A stretch of 55,351 nucleotides of DNA from a virus (taxonomy: Duplodnaviria; Heunggongvirae; Uroviricota; Caudoviricetes): IMG/VR virus record IMGVR_UViG_3300033146_005641, positions 1 through 55,351 of that record, one strand, 5' to 3'. The position numbers and the translations under genes were made by a program. Numbering within the stretch: the first letter of the stretch is position 1; each line of letters opens with the position of its first letter. The notes beneath the pieces were generated by a model. The model was not told the origin of the DNA and did no database searches. It saw nothing but the letters and a program-made list of their open reading frames with translations. Shown in pieces: positions 9,138 through 19,560 of the stretch.

Positions 9138-9347
9138 ATGCAACTTGATATTGAACCAAACAATGGAGAGTTATTCAGATGTCAAAAAAACAAGCATAAA
9201 GATACATGGATAACAAAAGATGGTAAAGTATTGATCATTAGTAAATTGACAACAGAATATATTAAAAATGCAATTGAATTATTTGGAGTGGATAATGTTC
9301 CAAGAACAATACTTGAAGAATATTATAACAGAACACAACAAGGATAG
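9138..9347 (+). CDS. Hypothetical protein
   Basis: ORF in operon. Confidence 0.65.
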   Translation: MQLDIEPNNGELFRCQKNKHKDTWITKDGKVLIISKLTTEYIKNAIELFGVDNVPRTILEEYYNRTQQG

Positions 9348-9350
9348 AAG

Positions 9351-9566
9351 ATGAATAAAACATGTAAAATATGTGGGCAAACAATGCAAATAAAATATAT
9401 ACCTAAAGGTAAAATATTTTTATGGAAGTATCCAGATAATATGAAATCAGATTGGTTCGATAGAAGGGAATTTAGTCTTGGTTCAGATTATAAACTAAAT
9501 AAGGACTTAAAATATCTATATTGTTCTTGTGGATATAGTGAATATAAGGAGATAGAAGATGAATAA
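9351..9566 (+). CDS. Small Zn-ribbon protein
   Basis: CKICG...CSCG. Confidence 0.65.
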   Translation: MNKTCKICGQTMQIKYIPKGKIFLWKYPDNMKSDWFDRREFSLGSDYKLNKDLKYLYCSCGYSEYKEIEDE

Positions 9567-10008
9567 AAAAGATGTATTAAACACATTTATAGACAGGTTA
9601 GATAATGAGTTAGTAGAATTAAGAGAGAAGTTTAATAAATTAGAATTATTTCTTAATGATAAAAAGAAGACAAAAAAGATTCCAGAGAAACAGATATTTC
9701 TATTAAGAAAGCAATATAAAATAATGCAAGATTATATTGATGTATTAGTTGAAAGAATATCATTAGCAAGAAATCCAGATAAAGATGAAAAACCTCAAGA
9801 AGCAGGAAAGAAAGTACAAACAATGTGGTCTGATAATGATAGAGAATTGCCTTATGTTTTTGATTTATTATTTGACATAAAAACAGAGGCACAACTTTAT
9901 AATGCTTTAAATTATGAAAAAACCGGTCACAGTAGAGATGTTGATGAAATTTATAGTGTAGCTTTAAATGAAGGATATACTAAAGAATATCTATCTAAAT
10001 ATAAATGA
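9559..10008 (+). CDS. Hypothetical coiled-coil protein
   Basis: AAGGAG RBS; helical-hairpin N-terminus. Confidence 0.7.
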   Translation: MNKKDVLNTFIDRLDNELVELREKFNKLELFLNDKKKTKKIPEKQIFLLRKQYKIMQDYIDVLVERISLARNPDKDEKPQEAGKKVQTMWSDNDRELPYVFDLLFDIKTEAQLYNALNYEKTGHSRDVDEIYSVALNEGYTKEYLSKYK

Positions 10009-10022
10009 TAAGGAGATAGAAT

Positions 10023-10268
10023 ATGAATAAATATGCAATAGCACAAAGCTCACTAACTAATAATATTTATGTTGGTAGGCTTAACGAAAAACGTACAGAG
10101 TGGCTAGATAAAGAAGATGCAACACTTGAAACTGTAAGTGCGGTAGTAAATCATATATTACAAAACATAGAAGATGAGAATAACAACACTGTCAATATTA
10201 GCAGAGGAGATAAAATATATAGCTTAACTTTAACAGTGGAAACAAAAAAGGAAAATCAAAGGATATAG
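10023..10268 (+). CDS. Hypothetical protein
   Basis: AAGGAG RBS. Confidence 0.7.
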   Translation: MNKYAIAQSSLTNNIYVGRLNEKRTEWLDKEDATLETVSAVVNHILQNIEDENNNTVNISRGDKIYSLTLTVETKKENQRI

Positions 10269-10271
10269 AAG

Positions 10272-11189
10272 ATGACTCATATAAAATTAAATAAAGGGTT
10301 TTTAAATGGATATAAAAAAGTAGGCGGACTAACTTATAGTCTACCAGAAGTTTGGCTATTGCAAAATACTGGTATTGGTACTTGTGAACTAGCCGCTAGA
10401 ACAGCTTATGACAGTTTTATAAACAGTGAACATGAGGTTATTGCAGAGGATTTTAATAGTGGAGCATTTAATACTGAAAGTATTAACCAACTTAATGATA
10501 TCAAGTCTAGCAGTTTACTTGATGATCTTGCTTGGACTTACTTTCACCATAGTGTATTAGAACATGCAAATCTAACATACTTGATTAAAGGTATTTCAAG
10601 AGGGGTATTACAAGAACATGCAAGACACCGTATTCAAGGTATCACTGTTAGAAGTACTCGCTATACAATGGGTAAACTCATTAATGCTTTTAATACAGAT
10701 AAATATATCAATCAGGGAAATGCTATTCCATCTGATTGGTTCATTGAAACAGTTTTAGGGTTTAATATGTTTGTAACTCAAGATGTAGAATACAATAAAT
10801 TACAAATTCAAGATATTTGGAAAAAACTAACATATCAAAAATCTGCAATGGATGAAGGAACTTTTTTAAAAGATACTATGTCAAGAGAACAACTAAATTG
10901 GATTACAAGTGACCTGTCTTCATCACTGACCCAAGATGATGTATTTACAATGCTGCAACGGCTAAAAAAGAAACGTAATGTAGGTGATATACTAAAACAT
11001 ATAGTTAATGACAATTGGAAAGTTGATATGGTGGTAACCTTTAATCTTCGCTCATTGAAAAACTATTTTGAACTTCGTGACTCAGGTGCTGCATTTTGGC
11101 AAATCCAAAAACTAGCTAAGGCTATGAAAGAAGCCACTCCTGAAAAATATCTCAGACTTATTGATAAGTCATATAAGAAGAATAAATAG
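10272..11189 (+). CDS. thyX: FAD-dependent thymidylate synthase
   Basis: HHSVLEH, RHRxxxxxxxSxRY, NLRSLxNYFELR...AFWQI. Confidence 0.93.
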   Translation: MTHIKLNKGFLNGYKKVGGLTYSLPEVWLLQNTGIGTCELAARTAYDSFINSEHEVIAEDFNSGAFNTESINQLNDIKSSSLLDDLAWTYFHHSVLEHANLTYLIKGISRGVLQEHARHRIQGITVRSTRYTMGKLINAFNTDKYINQGNAIPSDWFIETVLGFNMFVTQDVEYNKLQIQDIWKKLTYQKSAMDEGTFLKDTMSREQLNWITSDLSSSLTQDDVFTMLQRLKKKRNVGDILKHIVNDNWKVDMVVTFNLRSLKNYFELRDSGAAFWQIQKLAKAMKEATPEKYLRLIDKSYKKNK

Positions 11190-11267
11190 TGTTTTGAATA
11201 TTATGGTTTATTTTATCCTTATAGAGTATATACATATCATAAAAAGAAATCCTCAAAGATATATTTA

Positions 11268-11501
11268 ATGACTAGAATTAGAAAATTTATTACGAGAGAA
11301 AAAGCGGATTCTATGAGCTTTTATATCCTATTAGATTTATTTGATAGGTTTCCTGAATTAGAAAATAATTATGTGATCTTAGATGATATAGCTTATAATT
11401 ATAAAGGACATCCTATAATAGTTTTAGATTATTATTTTGATGATGATTTAGAACTAAATGAAGAAGAGGCTAAAGCGAAGTTACCTCATCTTTTTATCTA
11501 A
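11268..11501 (+). CDS. Hypothetical protein ending LPHLFI
   Basis: ORF; C-terminal motif. Confidence 0.7.
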   Translation: MTRIRKFITREKADSMSFYILLDLFDRFPELENNYVILDDIAYNYKGHPIIVLDYYFDDDLELNEEEAKAKLPHLFI

Positions 11502-11502
11502 C

Positions 11503-11559
11503 TTTAAGTCTTATTATAATATAATATAATATATTATATAAAGAAAGAAGGATATAAAG
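11503..11559 (+). promoter_or_regulatory. Early promoter/RBS module
   Basis: TTTAAG-N11-TATAAT plus AAGGATATAAAG-ATG. Confidence 0.7.
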
Positions 11560-12372
11560 ATGAATATTTGTTTACAATGCGGAAAAAATTATAAACGTTC
11601 TCATACGTGTAAAAAACCAGAAACTTTTAAAAATAAATTAAAAGATATAGAAAACTATAAAGAGTTCTGGAATATATTAGAAAATCACTTAAAAGACCTA
11701 AACATTAAAATAGAATTTGATGAATATCCTACAATTTTTTCAGATAACGCTTATGATTCTTATGAATATAAAGGACCTGGGTGGAGTGGAAGATTTGTAG
11801 GAAAGATAGAATCTGAATACGACATTTCTTTCTCTAATGTTTTTGGATGGTTTGATTCTTTATTAGAGGGAGGTGTAGAGACAGGTTCAGGATGCTCGGG
11901 AGAGAGATTTAGTATGAGCAATTCTCGAATAGATATGAGATTGTTTCCTAAGATGTATAAAGAATGGGAGAGAGAAAGTAATTATTTTTATAATGAAAGA
12001 GAACAAATTTCAGATAATATAAAGAATGTTATAAAAGATAGAAAAAGAAAATCTCATCATTATGCTGAGTATAGTGAAGAATATAGAGAGTTATATTGGA
12101 AGGAAAAGGAAATTAGAGAATGTCTTGTAGAGATTTCAAGAGTAAAAGATTTAATTTGGGATAAAAAAGTAAAAGAATTTCAATCAAATAATCCTATAGA
12201 TCTTCCAGATCCGAAAAGTGTTTCAGAAGCCGAATATTTTGAATTAAAGAAATTAAACTATACTATTCCTGAAATGGAATATGAAGATTTACAACACAAA
12301 GTGAGAAAAATAGTCGAGAGACTTAATAAATTAAAAGATTATATAAAAAATCACCCTCAATATTTTATCTGA
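11560..12372 (+). CDS. Hypothetical protein with N-terminal Zn-finger-like CxxC..HxC, ending HPQYFI
   Basis: 270-aa ORF after a promoter. Confidence 0.8.
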   Translation: MNICLQCGKNYKRSHTCKKPETFKNKLKDIENYKEFWNILENHLKDLNIKIEFDEYPTIFSDNAYDSYEYKGPGWSGRFVGKIESEYDISFSNVFGWFDSLLEGGVETGSGCSGERFSMSNSRIDMRLFPKMYKEWERESNYFYNEREQISDNIKNVIKDRKRKSHHYAEYSEEYRELYWKEKEIRECLVEISRVKDLIWDKKVKEFQSNNPIDLPDPKSVSEAEYFELKKLNYTIPEMEYEDLQHKVRKIVERLNKLKDYIKNHPQYFI

Positions 12373-12373
12373 T

Positions 12374-12420
12374 TTTAAGTTTTATTATACTATAATATAC
12401 TATATAAAGAGAGAAGAAGA
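12374..12420 (+). promoter_or_regulatory. Early promoter module
   Basis: TTTAAG-N11-TATAAT, TATAAAGAGAGAAG. Confidence 0.7.
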
Positions 12421-12490
12421 TATTTATTCTGCAGATTGTGTGGATACTATTATTTTGCTCTTAATTATAGTCTCTAAAGATTAGATAGGA

Positions 12491-12790
12491 GTGATTGTTT
12501 ATATGAAAAAAGTAGAAAAATTTAATGAAATAGATGAAGAAAATGTTATAGTTATTAAAAATATGTGTCACGCTATACCTGAAAGTCATATGTTTGAATA
12601 TACCGTATCTTATGAAATGAGAAATGATGAAGAAATTTTTGAAATATTGGGTATAGTTACTACTTCTCGTTCATATACTACCTTAAAAAATTTAAGAAAC
12701 AATATCAAAATTACTTTATATGAATATGATTTAGATTGGTGCGAAATGTTCGAGGATAACAAATCTGAATATCCTCAATATTTTATATAG
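12491..12790 (+). CDS. Hypothetical protein ending YPQYFI
   Basis: ORF with AGGAG; C-terminal motif. Confidence 0.7.
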   Translation: MIVYMKKVEKFNEIDEENVIVIKNMCHAIPESHMFEYTVSYEMRNDEEIFEILGIVTTSRSYTTLKNLRNNIKITLYEYDLDWCEMFEDNKSEYPQYFI

Positions 12791-12805
12791 AACGTAGGAG
12801 GATAA

Positions 12806-13162
12806 ATGTATAGAGCTTCAGAGTTTATTAATAAAGATAATATGATTAGAATTCTTAAAGATAATCTACCTCTATTCTTATTGAGAGATAGTGAAATTAT
12901 AGAAATTAAACATGTTTCTAAAAAATTTTATAGAGATAGAGCACCTTTAGAGACAGATAAAGACCATCCTGAATTTCCCGAAGATACCGGAAAATATGCT
13001 ATAGATACTAGGAAAGATGTATTGTTTGAAAACAGTATTGAGGCTGAGGCGTATAAAAGAATAGAGTATTCTAAACATATTATGAAAAATTTTGATTCTA
13101 TTAGGAGAGAATATTTAAAGATGAAGAAATTTAAGGAGGAGAATCCACAATATTTTATATGA
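12806..13162 (+). CDS. Hypothetical protein ending NPQYFI
   Basis: AGGAGG RBS; C-terminal motif. Confidence 0.75.
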   Translation: MYRASEFINKDNMIRILKDNLPLFLLRDSEIIEIKHVSKKFYRDRAPLETDKDHPEFPEDTGKYAIDTRKDVLFENSIEAEAYKRIEYSKHIMKNFDSIRREYLKMKKFKEENPQYFI

Positions 13163-13256
13163 GGAAGAGTAATGGAATATGTGATAATATTTATTATGAT
13201 GGTGATAATTTTAGGTACTACTTTAATATGTGCTGTAGAGTATAGTGAGGATTTAG

Positions 13257-13646
13257 ATGACTAAATATAAAAGAAACGAAAGATTAAATAAAAGCCTTTA
13301 TTGGGGATTCTTTAAAGGTGGATATATCTCACCTAACCTAATTAAAAATAAAACTTCTAAAAATAGAAGTTTGGTACAATGTTCTTTTGAGATAGAAGAA
13401 ATTCCTTGTAAATCTGAGTTTGTGGTTATTAATACTATTGCTGATCCTTTAGAGTCTCTCTTGTTTAATCCTTTAAGAGATAAAAAATATAAATTCCAAT
13501 ATTGGTTATGGGAAGTTGAAAAGAACGGAAAAAGAAAAAGAGCTAAAGAAACCCTATTTAGAGACAGGAAAGATTTAGAAAATTATATCTATAAGATATG
13601 TAAACCTAACATATTAGAAAAAATTATAAAATTTATAGGGATGTAG
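13257..13646 (+). CDS. Hypothetical protein
   Basis: GAGG RBS, ORF. Confidence 0.7.
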   Translation: MTKYKRNERLNKSLYWGFFKGGYISPNLIKNKTSKNRSLVQCSFEIEEIPCKSEFVVINTIADPLESLLFNPLRDKKYKFQYWLWEVEKNGKRKRAKETLFRDRKDLENYIYKICKPNILEKIIKFIGM

Positions 13647-13824
13647 AATGTGGAGATTAATAAAATTTTTATTTACCGGTTATTGGAATGAGCACGAGTG
13701 GGAGATTTTAGGCAAAACTAAAATATATAATGCTGATAGTATAGAATACGATATACCTGTTAGGATTGAATATATTTTACAATGTAAGAAGTGTGGAAAA
13801 TTGAAAAAGACAAAAGGATAAAAT

Positions 13825-14067
13825 ATGAAAATTATAAAAACGATGTGTGATATAGAAAAGTGTAATAATGAAAATTGTAGTGAGAGAACAATTCAATGCA
13901 TTCGAACCACAGATACTACAGAAGGCAGATCATGTAATAGATATTTCGAAACCAATAAAATAGATATTTGTGAAGAGTGTTATAGCGAACTTCTACGCGG
14001 AGGTTACATTATTGTTTATGGCGCTCAAGGATATAATACTTACAAACTATATAAGAGATATAAATGA
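13825..14067 (+). CDS. Small Cys-rich protein (CDxxxC...DICxxC)
   Basis: AAGGA RBS, Zn-ligand pattern. Confidence 0.65.
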   Translation: MKIIKTMCDIEKCNNENCSERTIQCIRTTDTTEGRSCNRYFETNKIDICEECYSELLRGGYIIVYGAQGYNTYKLYKRYK

Positions 14068-14269
14068 AAAAATAGAGATAGAAAATAAAATAAAAAAATT
14101 ATATAGAGAGATAGGTCATTTAGAATCAAGACTTCAGGAATATCCACAGATAGGCGATATCATTCAACATATATCAGAAGGAGATCCTTTTATATTGACT
14201 TCGAAGGAATCTGAAAAGATTGATTTTTATGATGACTGGTCTTATTACAGAAAGGTAGAAGATGAGTAA
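13970..14269 (+). CDS. Hypothetical protein; start uncertain (ATG at 14064 is out of frame by an A-run)
   Basis: The 3' part reads as a plausible protein and couples to the next gene. Confidence 0.45.
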   Translation: MKSVIANFYAEVTLLFMALKDIILTNYIRDINEKIEIENKIKKLYREIGHLESRLQEYPQIGDIIQHISEGDPFILTSKESEKIDFYDDWSYYRKVEDE

Positions 14270-14768
14270 AACATATTTCACGTCGGACTGGCATTTAGGT
14301 CATAAAAATATTTGCAACTACAGACCTAAATTTAAAACACCTGAAGAAAATGATCAACATTTTATTGATGAATTTAATAAGATTATTCGAAAAAGAGATA
14401 CAGTTTATTTTCTTGGTGATATAGCTTTTACAGAAGAAGCTTTAGAAAAACTAAAAGATCTTAATTACTGTAATAAGAAAATCTTATATTTAGGTAATCA
14501 TGATTATTTATCTACCGAAAAATATTTAGAAGTATTTGATGAGGTTTATGGATTAAGATCTTGGAATTCTTACTGGTTAAGTCATTGTCCTATTCATCCA
14601 CAGGAATTAAGAAATCGTAAAGGAAATATTCACGGACATCTTCATGCTAGCGTCTTAGAAGATATTGATAAAAGATATTTTGATGTTTCACCAGAAAAAA
14701 ATAATTATTCTTTAGTAGATTATGAGATTATTAGGGGGTATTTTGAGGAGTCAGAGAATGATAGTTAA
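14262..14768 (+). CDS. Calcineurin-like metallophosphoesterase
   Basis: SDWHLGH, LGD, GNHD, HGHLH motifs. Confidence 0.9.
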   Translation: MSKTYFTSDWHLGHKNICNYRPKFKTPEENDQHFIDEFNKIIRKRDTVYFLGDIAFTEEALEKLKDLNYCNKKILYLGNHDYLSTEKYLEVFDEVYGLRSWNSYWLSHCPIHPQELRNRKGNIHGHLHASVLEDIDKRYFDVSPEKNNYSLVDYEIIRGYFEESENDS

Positions 14769-15000
14769 AAATGTAGATATGAACTATAATAATTTAGACG
14801 GTAATTCTTACAGCTATTATCCTCTAGAGATACATATTTGTTTAGGCTTATCGTTAGATGAGATGAAAGCTATAGGCACTTCATCTCCGGGAGAGATTAT
14901 GCAAGACGTTATTAAGATTTATTTTAAGAGTATAGGTTTTGATAGAGATGTATCTATAAATGAAATATTAAAAAAAGCATATCCACAGGATTTTATATGA
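14758..15000 (+). CDS. Hypothetical protein ending YPQDFI
   Basis: GAGGAG RBS before ATG 14758; C-terminal motif. Confidence 0.7.
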   Translation: MIVKNVDMNYNNLDGNSYSYYPLEIHICLGLSLDEMKAIGTSSPGEIMQDVIKIYFKSIGFDRDVSINEILKKAYPQDFI

Positions 15001-15236
15001 TTAGAATAGAAGTAGGAGATTTTATACTATATGAATATGATGAAAACAAATATATCGGTGAGATTATAGATATTAAAAAACATATTCTATTAGTTAATCC
15101 GGAGATTAGCCTCGATAAGGAAGAATTCTATACGGATACTATAGAGGTAAAGAGGTCACGGGTATTGAAAAAGCTTGAGGGTGTTAAAAGTGTATATAAT
15201 CAAGTAAAAGAAAAATTTCCATATTACACTATTTAA
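14997..15236 (+). CDS. Hypothetical SH3-like protein ending FPYYTI
   Basis: ATGA coupling; IEVGDFI start. Confidence 0.7.
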   Translation: MIRIEVGDFILYEYDENKYIGEIIDIKKHILLVNPEISLDKEEFYTDTIEVKRSRVLKKLEGVKSVYNQVKEKFPYYTI

Positions 15237-15292
15237 GCCTAGTATAATATTATTATTATACAATTAAACAATTAAATGATTAAGGAGTTAGT

Positions 15293-17545
15293 TTGAACGT
15301 AAGGAAAAGAAGCGGAAATGTTGAGCCTTTCACAGTAGAAAAAACAAGAGGTCAAACAGAATTCGCAGTACTCGGAACTAGTATTCCCCATATTGAATTT
15401 GAATCTAGCATTCATTTTCCTCAAAAAGATACTATTACTTCTGATGATATTCAGAAGACTATTATTAGCACGGCAGTAAATAAGATTTCGGTTGAAGAAC
15501 CCGAATGGAATTATGTAGCAGGTAAAGCTAATATGTTTAATCTTTATAGACACGTATATAAAAATACTAAACATGATGTAAGAGAATGGGAAAAGCATAT
15601 TAGATATCTTATTAGAAACGATTACTATCGTTCAGATATTGGAGAATATTTAGATAATCTAGATGCAAAACAGAAGAGAAAAATAGATAATATTATTAGT
15701 TCTGTCAATGCTTCTAAAAATTATGATTTTAGTATGGTATTTGCTCAAGTAGAAGTATTAAAAACTAAATATCTTATTAAAAATAAAAGAGGTGTTATTG
15801 AATATCCTATTTTATCAGATATCGCTAATGCTTTAATTTTATCTAAAGGAGATAAAACTTTTGATAAGATTTTTTATTATATTCACAATCAATACATTTC
15901 GCTAGCATCCCCTTTTAAAAGAAATCTCAGAAGACCTAATGGAAATGTTGGTTCTTGTTTTATAGGCGAAAATATAGATTCTCTAACGGGACTAGCTAAA
16001 TCGTGGGCTGATATGGCGAACATCTCTAAAAACGGCGGAGGAATCGGATGGTATTTAGGTAAAGTTAGACCTGAAGATACTTGGAGTTATAGTGTAGTAA
16101 AAGCTAATAATATTACTAAATGGGTTAAAGTTATTAATGATATTGCGGTAGCTGTAAATCAAGGAGGCCAAAGACCAGGTGCTATTACTTTGGGATTAGA
16201 TTGGTGGCATATGGATATTGAGTCATTCCTTGATGTTAAATCTGAACTGAATGGTGATTTACGAGATAAGGCTTTTGACATTTTTCCTCAAATTGTAGTA
16301 GATTCATTTTTCATAAAAATGAAGAAAGTCAAAAAAGATGTATGGTTATTTAATCAACATGAATATCTTCAAAAGACGGGTAAAGATATTACCGAGTTAG
16401 TAGACGAAGAATTACAAGAGGCTATCTTAGAAGCTCAGGATATGGCAGAAAGGGGTACAATCTCCGGAAGAAAAGTTAACGCTAACGAACTTTGGAAGAA
16501 AGTTATGTGGACTTGGATAGAAATTGGTGATTTATTTATTACTCATAAAGATAATCTTAATAAATCTAACTACGTCAAATATGATCCTGAGGGCGGAATT
16601 ACTAAACAAGGTAATCTTTGTGTAGAATCTTTCAGTTTATCTAGGGCTCCTACAAAATGGAAGGAAGAGGTAGATGGTAGAACCAGAAAAACTACAGAAA
16701 CCAATGGATGGTATCACTCCTGTAACCTATGTTCAATAGTAGTTACAAATTTAGTTGGTGCTTCTGACAAGCTAATTGAAGACGTTTGTTATTATACTAC
16801 GCTAATTCTTGATAAAAGCATTGACGAAGGAAAGATGCCTGTTTTAGAAGCTAAAAGGTCTTCAGATGCTATTAGAAATATTGGTATTGGTGTTGTAGGA
16901 ATGGGTGACTTAATGGCATATAATAATAAAATGTATGATACAGAAGACGGTCAAAAATTTGGAGAGAAATTTGTAGAAAAAATTTCATGGTATTGTTATA
17001 ATGCTAGTGTAAGATTAGCAGAACAATTTGAACCTTATCCTATGTTTAAGCCTGAAAATTATGATAAAATTTTAGGATATGACCCTAAAGAACTAAATAA
17101 AATGTCTTTAAATGGATATGATTGGACAGGATTACAAAAAGATATCAAAGAGAAAGGTATTAGAAACTTTTATCTTTTAGCTTTTGCTCCAAACTCAACA
17201 ACCGGAGTTATGATGAATGCTGTAGCTAGTTATCTTCCGGTTTATAATAAAGAAATGTATCAAACTTTTGGAGATATGTCAGTACCTATTATTCCTAGAT
17301 TTATTAAATCTAAATATTGGGGGTATAAAACTAAATTTCAATATCATCCAAAAGATATTATTAAATTTACTAGAGGAATTCAAAGATGGATTGATACCGG
17401 CTGTTCAATGGAAATCAATATGTCTCCCGAAGTGATAAAAATTAATGAAGTATCTGATGCTATTATCGAAGGCTTTGAATCTGGAGAACTTAAGACTGTT
17501 TATTATAGTATGAGTGCCGAAGGATGCTCCGATTGTTCGAACTAG
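15293..17545 (+). CDS. nrdA: Class I ribonucleotide reductase alpha subunit with ATP cone
   Basis: VRKRSG ATP cone, GSCF, NLCVE, CNLCS, APNSTT, YY and C-terminal CxxC. Confidence 0.95.
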   Translation: MNVRKRSGNVEPFTVEKTRGQTEFAVLGTSIPHIEFESSIHFPQKDTITSDDIQKTIISTAVNKISVEEPEWNYVAGKANMFNLYRHVYKNTKHDVREWEKHIRYLIRNDYYRSDIGEYLDNLDAKQKRKIDNIISSVNASKNYDFSMVFAQVEVLKTKYLIKNKRGVIEYPILSDIANALILSKGDKTFDKIFYYIHNQYISLASPFKRNLRRPNGNVGSCFIGENIDSLTGLAKSWADMANISKNGGGIGWYLGKVRPEDTWSYSVVKANNITKWVKVINDIAVAVNQGGQRPGAITLGLDWWHMDIESFLDVKSELNGDLRDKAFDIFPQIVVDSFFIKMKKVKKDVWLFNQHEYLQKTGKDITELVDEELQEAILEAQDMAERGTISGRKVNANELWKKVMWTWIEIGDLFITHKDNLNKSNYVKYDPEGGITKQGNLCVESFSLSRAPTKWKEEVDGRTRKTTETNGWYHSCNLCSIVVTNLVGASDKLIEDVCYYTTLILDKSIDEGKMPVLEAKRSSDAIRNIGIGVVGMGDLMAYNNKMYDTEDGQKFGEKFVEKISWYCYNASVRLAEQFEPYPMFKPENYDKILGYDPKELNKMSLNGYDWTGLQKDIKEKGIRNFYLLAFAPNSTTGVMMNAVASYLPVYNKEMYQTFGDMSVPIIPRFIKSKYWGYKTKFQYHPKDIIKFTRGIQRWIDTGCSMEINMSPEVIKINEVSDAIIEGFESGELKTVYYSMSAEGCSDCSN

Positions 17546-17597
17546 GAACTTATAGATTCAAAAACATAAAATAAAAAACAATAAAGGAAAAATAAAA

Positions 17598-18626
17598 ATG
17601 AAACCACTATACAATCCAGACGTAGACGATAAAAAACAAAAAATATATAATGGAGAGACGACTAACTTATTAAATTTAAGTAATGTTAAGTATCCTCAAT
17701 TTATCGAGTATGTAAATACTGCATACTCTAATAATTGGCTTCCACAAAAAGTAGATATGTCTAAAGATAGAAAACAATATGAAAATGTTCTCTCGACAGA
17801 TGAAAGAGATGCTTTTGATAATCTTATCAGCTTTCTAACATTCCTAGATAGTATTCAAACTAATAATTTACCTAATATTAGTGATTATATTACTTTACCA
17901 GAAATTGTATATTTTCTTGCTAGACAAACTTGGGATGAGGCTCTACACTCTAGAAGCTACGGTCACATTCTACAGAATATGTTAAGTAAAGAAGAAGCAG
18001 ACGAAATTGTTTATAAATTTAGAGAAAATTCAATTCTAGCTAATAGAAACAAATATATTGCTGATACCTATACAGAGTCTAGAGATAATCATAATGATAA
18101 AAACTTTATTAGTGCACTAATCGCTAACTATCTTCTAGAGGGTGTTTATTTTTATAATGGATTTCAATTTTTTCATAATCTTGCTAATAGAGGATTAATG
18201 ATTGGAACAGATACTCAAATTAGATATATTCAAAGAGATGAAAATGTACACCTTGTAGCTTTTAAGGAAATTATTAGTCTCTTTCAACAAGAAGATCCTG
18301 AGATCTGGGAGAAACATACAGAAACAGTTTATGACATGTTTAAAAAAGCTGTTGAATGGGAATTAGAATTTAGTCTAGATGCTTTAGGCGATAAAATTCT
18401 AGGAATTACTAAACAAAGTATTACAGATTATACGTACTATCTTGCTAATAAGAGACTAAAAGACATCAATATGACTCCTATCTTTCCAAAAGTAAAGAAT
18501 CCTTACGAGCATCTTGAAAAAATTGCTGCTGTTGATGATGAAAGCTCTAATAGAAGTAATCAATTTGAGGTAACTAGTATTACATATAAATCACCAGAGA
18601 TTTTTGATGGTTGGGAGGATTTATAA
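17598..18626 (+). CDS. nrdB: Ribonucleotide reductase beta subunit
   Basis: LDSIQ, EALHSRSY, LEGVYFY, RDENVH metal and radical motifs. Confidence 0.95.
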   Translation: MKPLYNPDVDDKKQKIYNGETTNLLNLSNVKYPQFIEYVNTAYSNNWLPQKVDMSKDRKQYENVLSTDERDAFDNLISFLTFLDSIQTNNLPNISDYITLPEIVYFLARQTWDEALHSRSYGHILQNMLSKEEADEIVYKFRENSILANRNKYIADTYTESRDNHNDKNFISALIANYLLEGVYFYNGFQFFHNLANRGLMIGTDTQIRYIQRDENVHLVAFKEIISLFQQEDPEIWEKHTETVYDMFKKAVEWELEFSLDALGDKILGITKQSITDYTYYLANKRLKDINMTPIFPKVKNPYEHLEKIAAVDDESSNRSNQFEVTSITYKSPEIFDGWEDL

Positions 18627-18634
18627 ATCCTCCC
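18613..18634. repeat. Perfect 22-bp palindrome over the nrdB stop (possible terminator)
   Basis: GGGAGGATTTATAAATCCTCCC; no clear U-tract. Confidence 0.5.
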
Positions 18635-19215
18635 GAAAGCAATATATTGTTGTGACAGAAACAATAATACAAAAGGCAGGACTAACATTATAAGACGTTA
18701 GAACACCTAGGAGGTGTAGGTGTACCAGCTATAAAAGAATAAGGTTTAAAAGATACTTAAAGAAAAACTTAATTCTAAGATAATAGAATTTAATAAAGTT
18801 TTTAAAACTAAATTTGTAATAGACGCGGAGGATTTAGGAAAGATTCTTAAAAGGTTCGCTGAATTACATATGCCTCAAATTTTAGTTTAAAATATAAAAA
18901 TATTAAGGTAGTAGTATGGAATGGTATTATATTATAATTTATAGTATTTTAATTATTGGTGCAGTGAGCTCATATATGAATTATAAATTACAAAAGAAAT
19001 GGTTTGATCTAACTCATCCTCCAAAAGATGTAGAATATAAAACCGAACCTCATAAAGATTAAATATGAATAGAATTTTAGAAGTATTAATGATTTTACTT
19101 ATAGTTTTTGGAGTAAGCTTATGTACATTTTTTCTTACTTTAATATTTCTTTTATAGTATTTTAAGTTTCTTTATTATATAATATAGAACTTAACATAGG
19201 AATACAGGAGGATAG

Positions 19216-19560
19216 GTGTTAATATTTGCGAATAGAAAAATATGGAGAGCGCTTCCAGAAGAGCTAAAAATAGATTATATTAGAGATAATATGAATGATC
19301 TTATAGAAGAAGAGAACCTAGAAGAAGCCGATATTAAAAATATATCAGATATGATTAATAATATTATTCGAAGAAATGAAAAAGCTATTGATACTTTCGG
19401 TATAGAAAAATATTATAATATGGATTATCCGGCGGAATTTCACGAATGCGGATTTAGACATTCTACGGGCATTTATGCTGTTGGTGTTTTTGATTGGAGT
19501 ATGGAATCGTTTACTGATACGTCGTGGAACTACTCTTTCAATATCTATAAGGTTCTATAA
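19216..19560 (+). CDS. Hypothetical protein
   Basis: Promoter at 19161, AGGAGG RBS. Confidence 0.7.
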   Translation: MLIFANRKIWRALPEELKIDYIRDNMNDLIEEENLEEADIKNISDMINNIIRRNEKAIDTFGIEKYYNMDYPAEFHECGFRHSTGIYAVGVFDWSMESFTDTSWNYSFNIYKVL

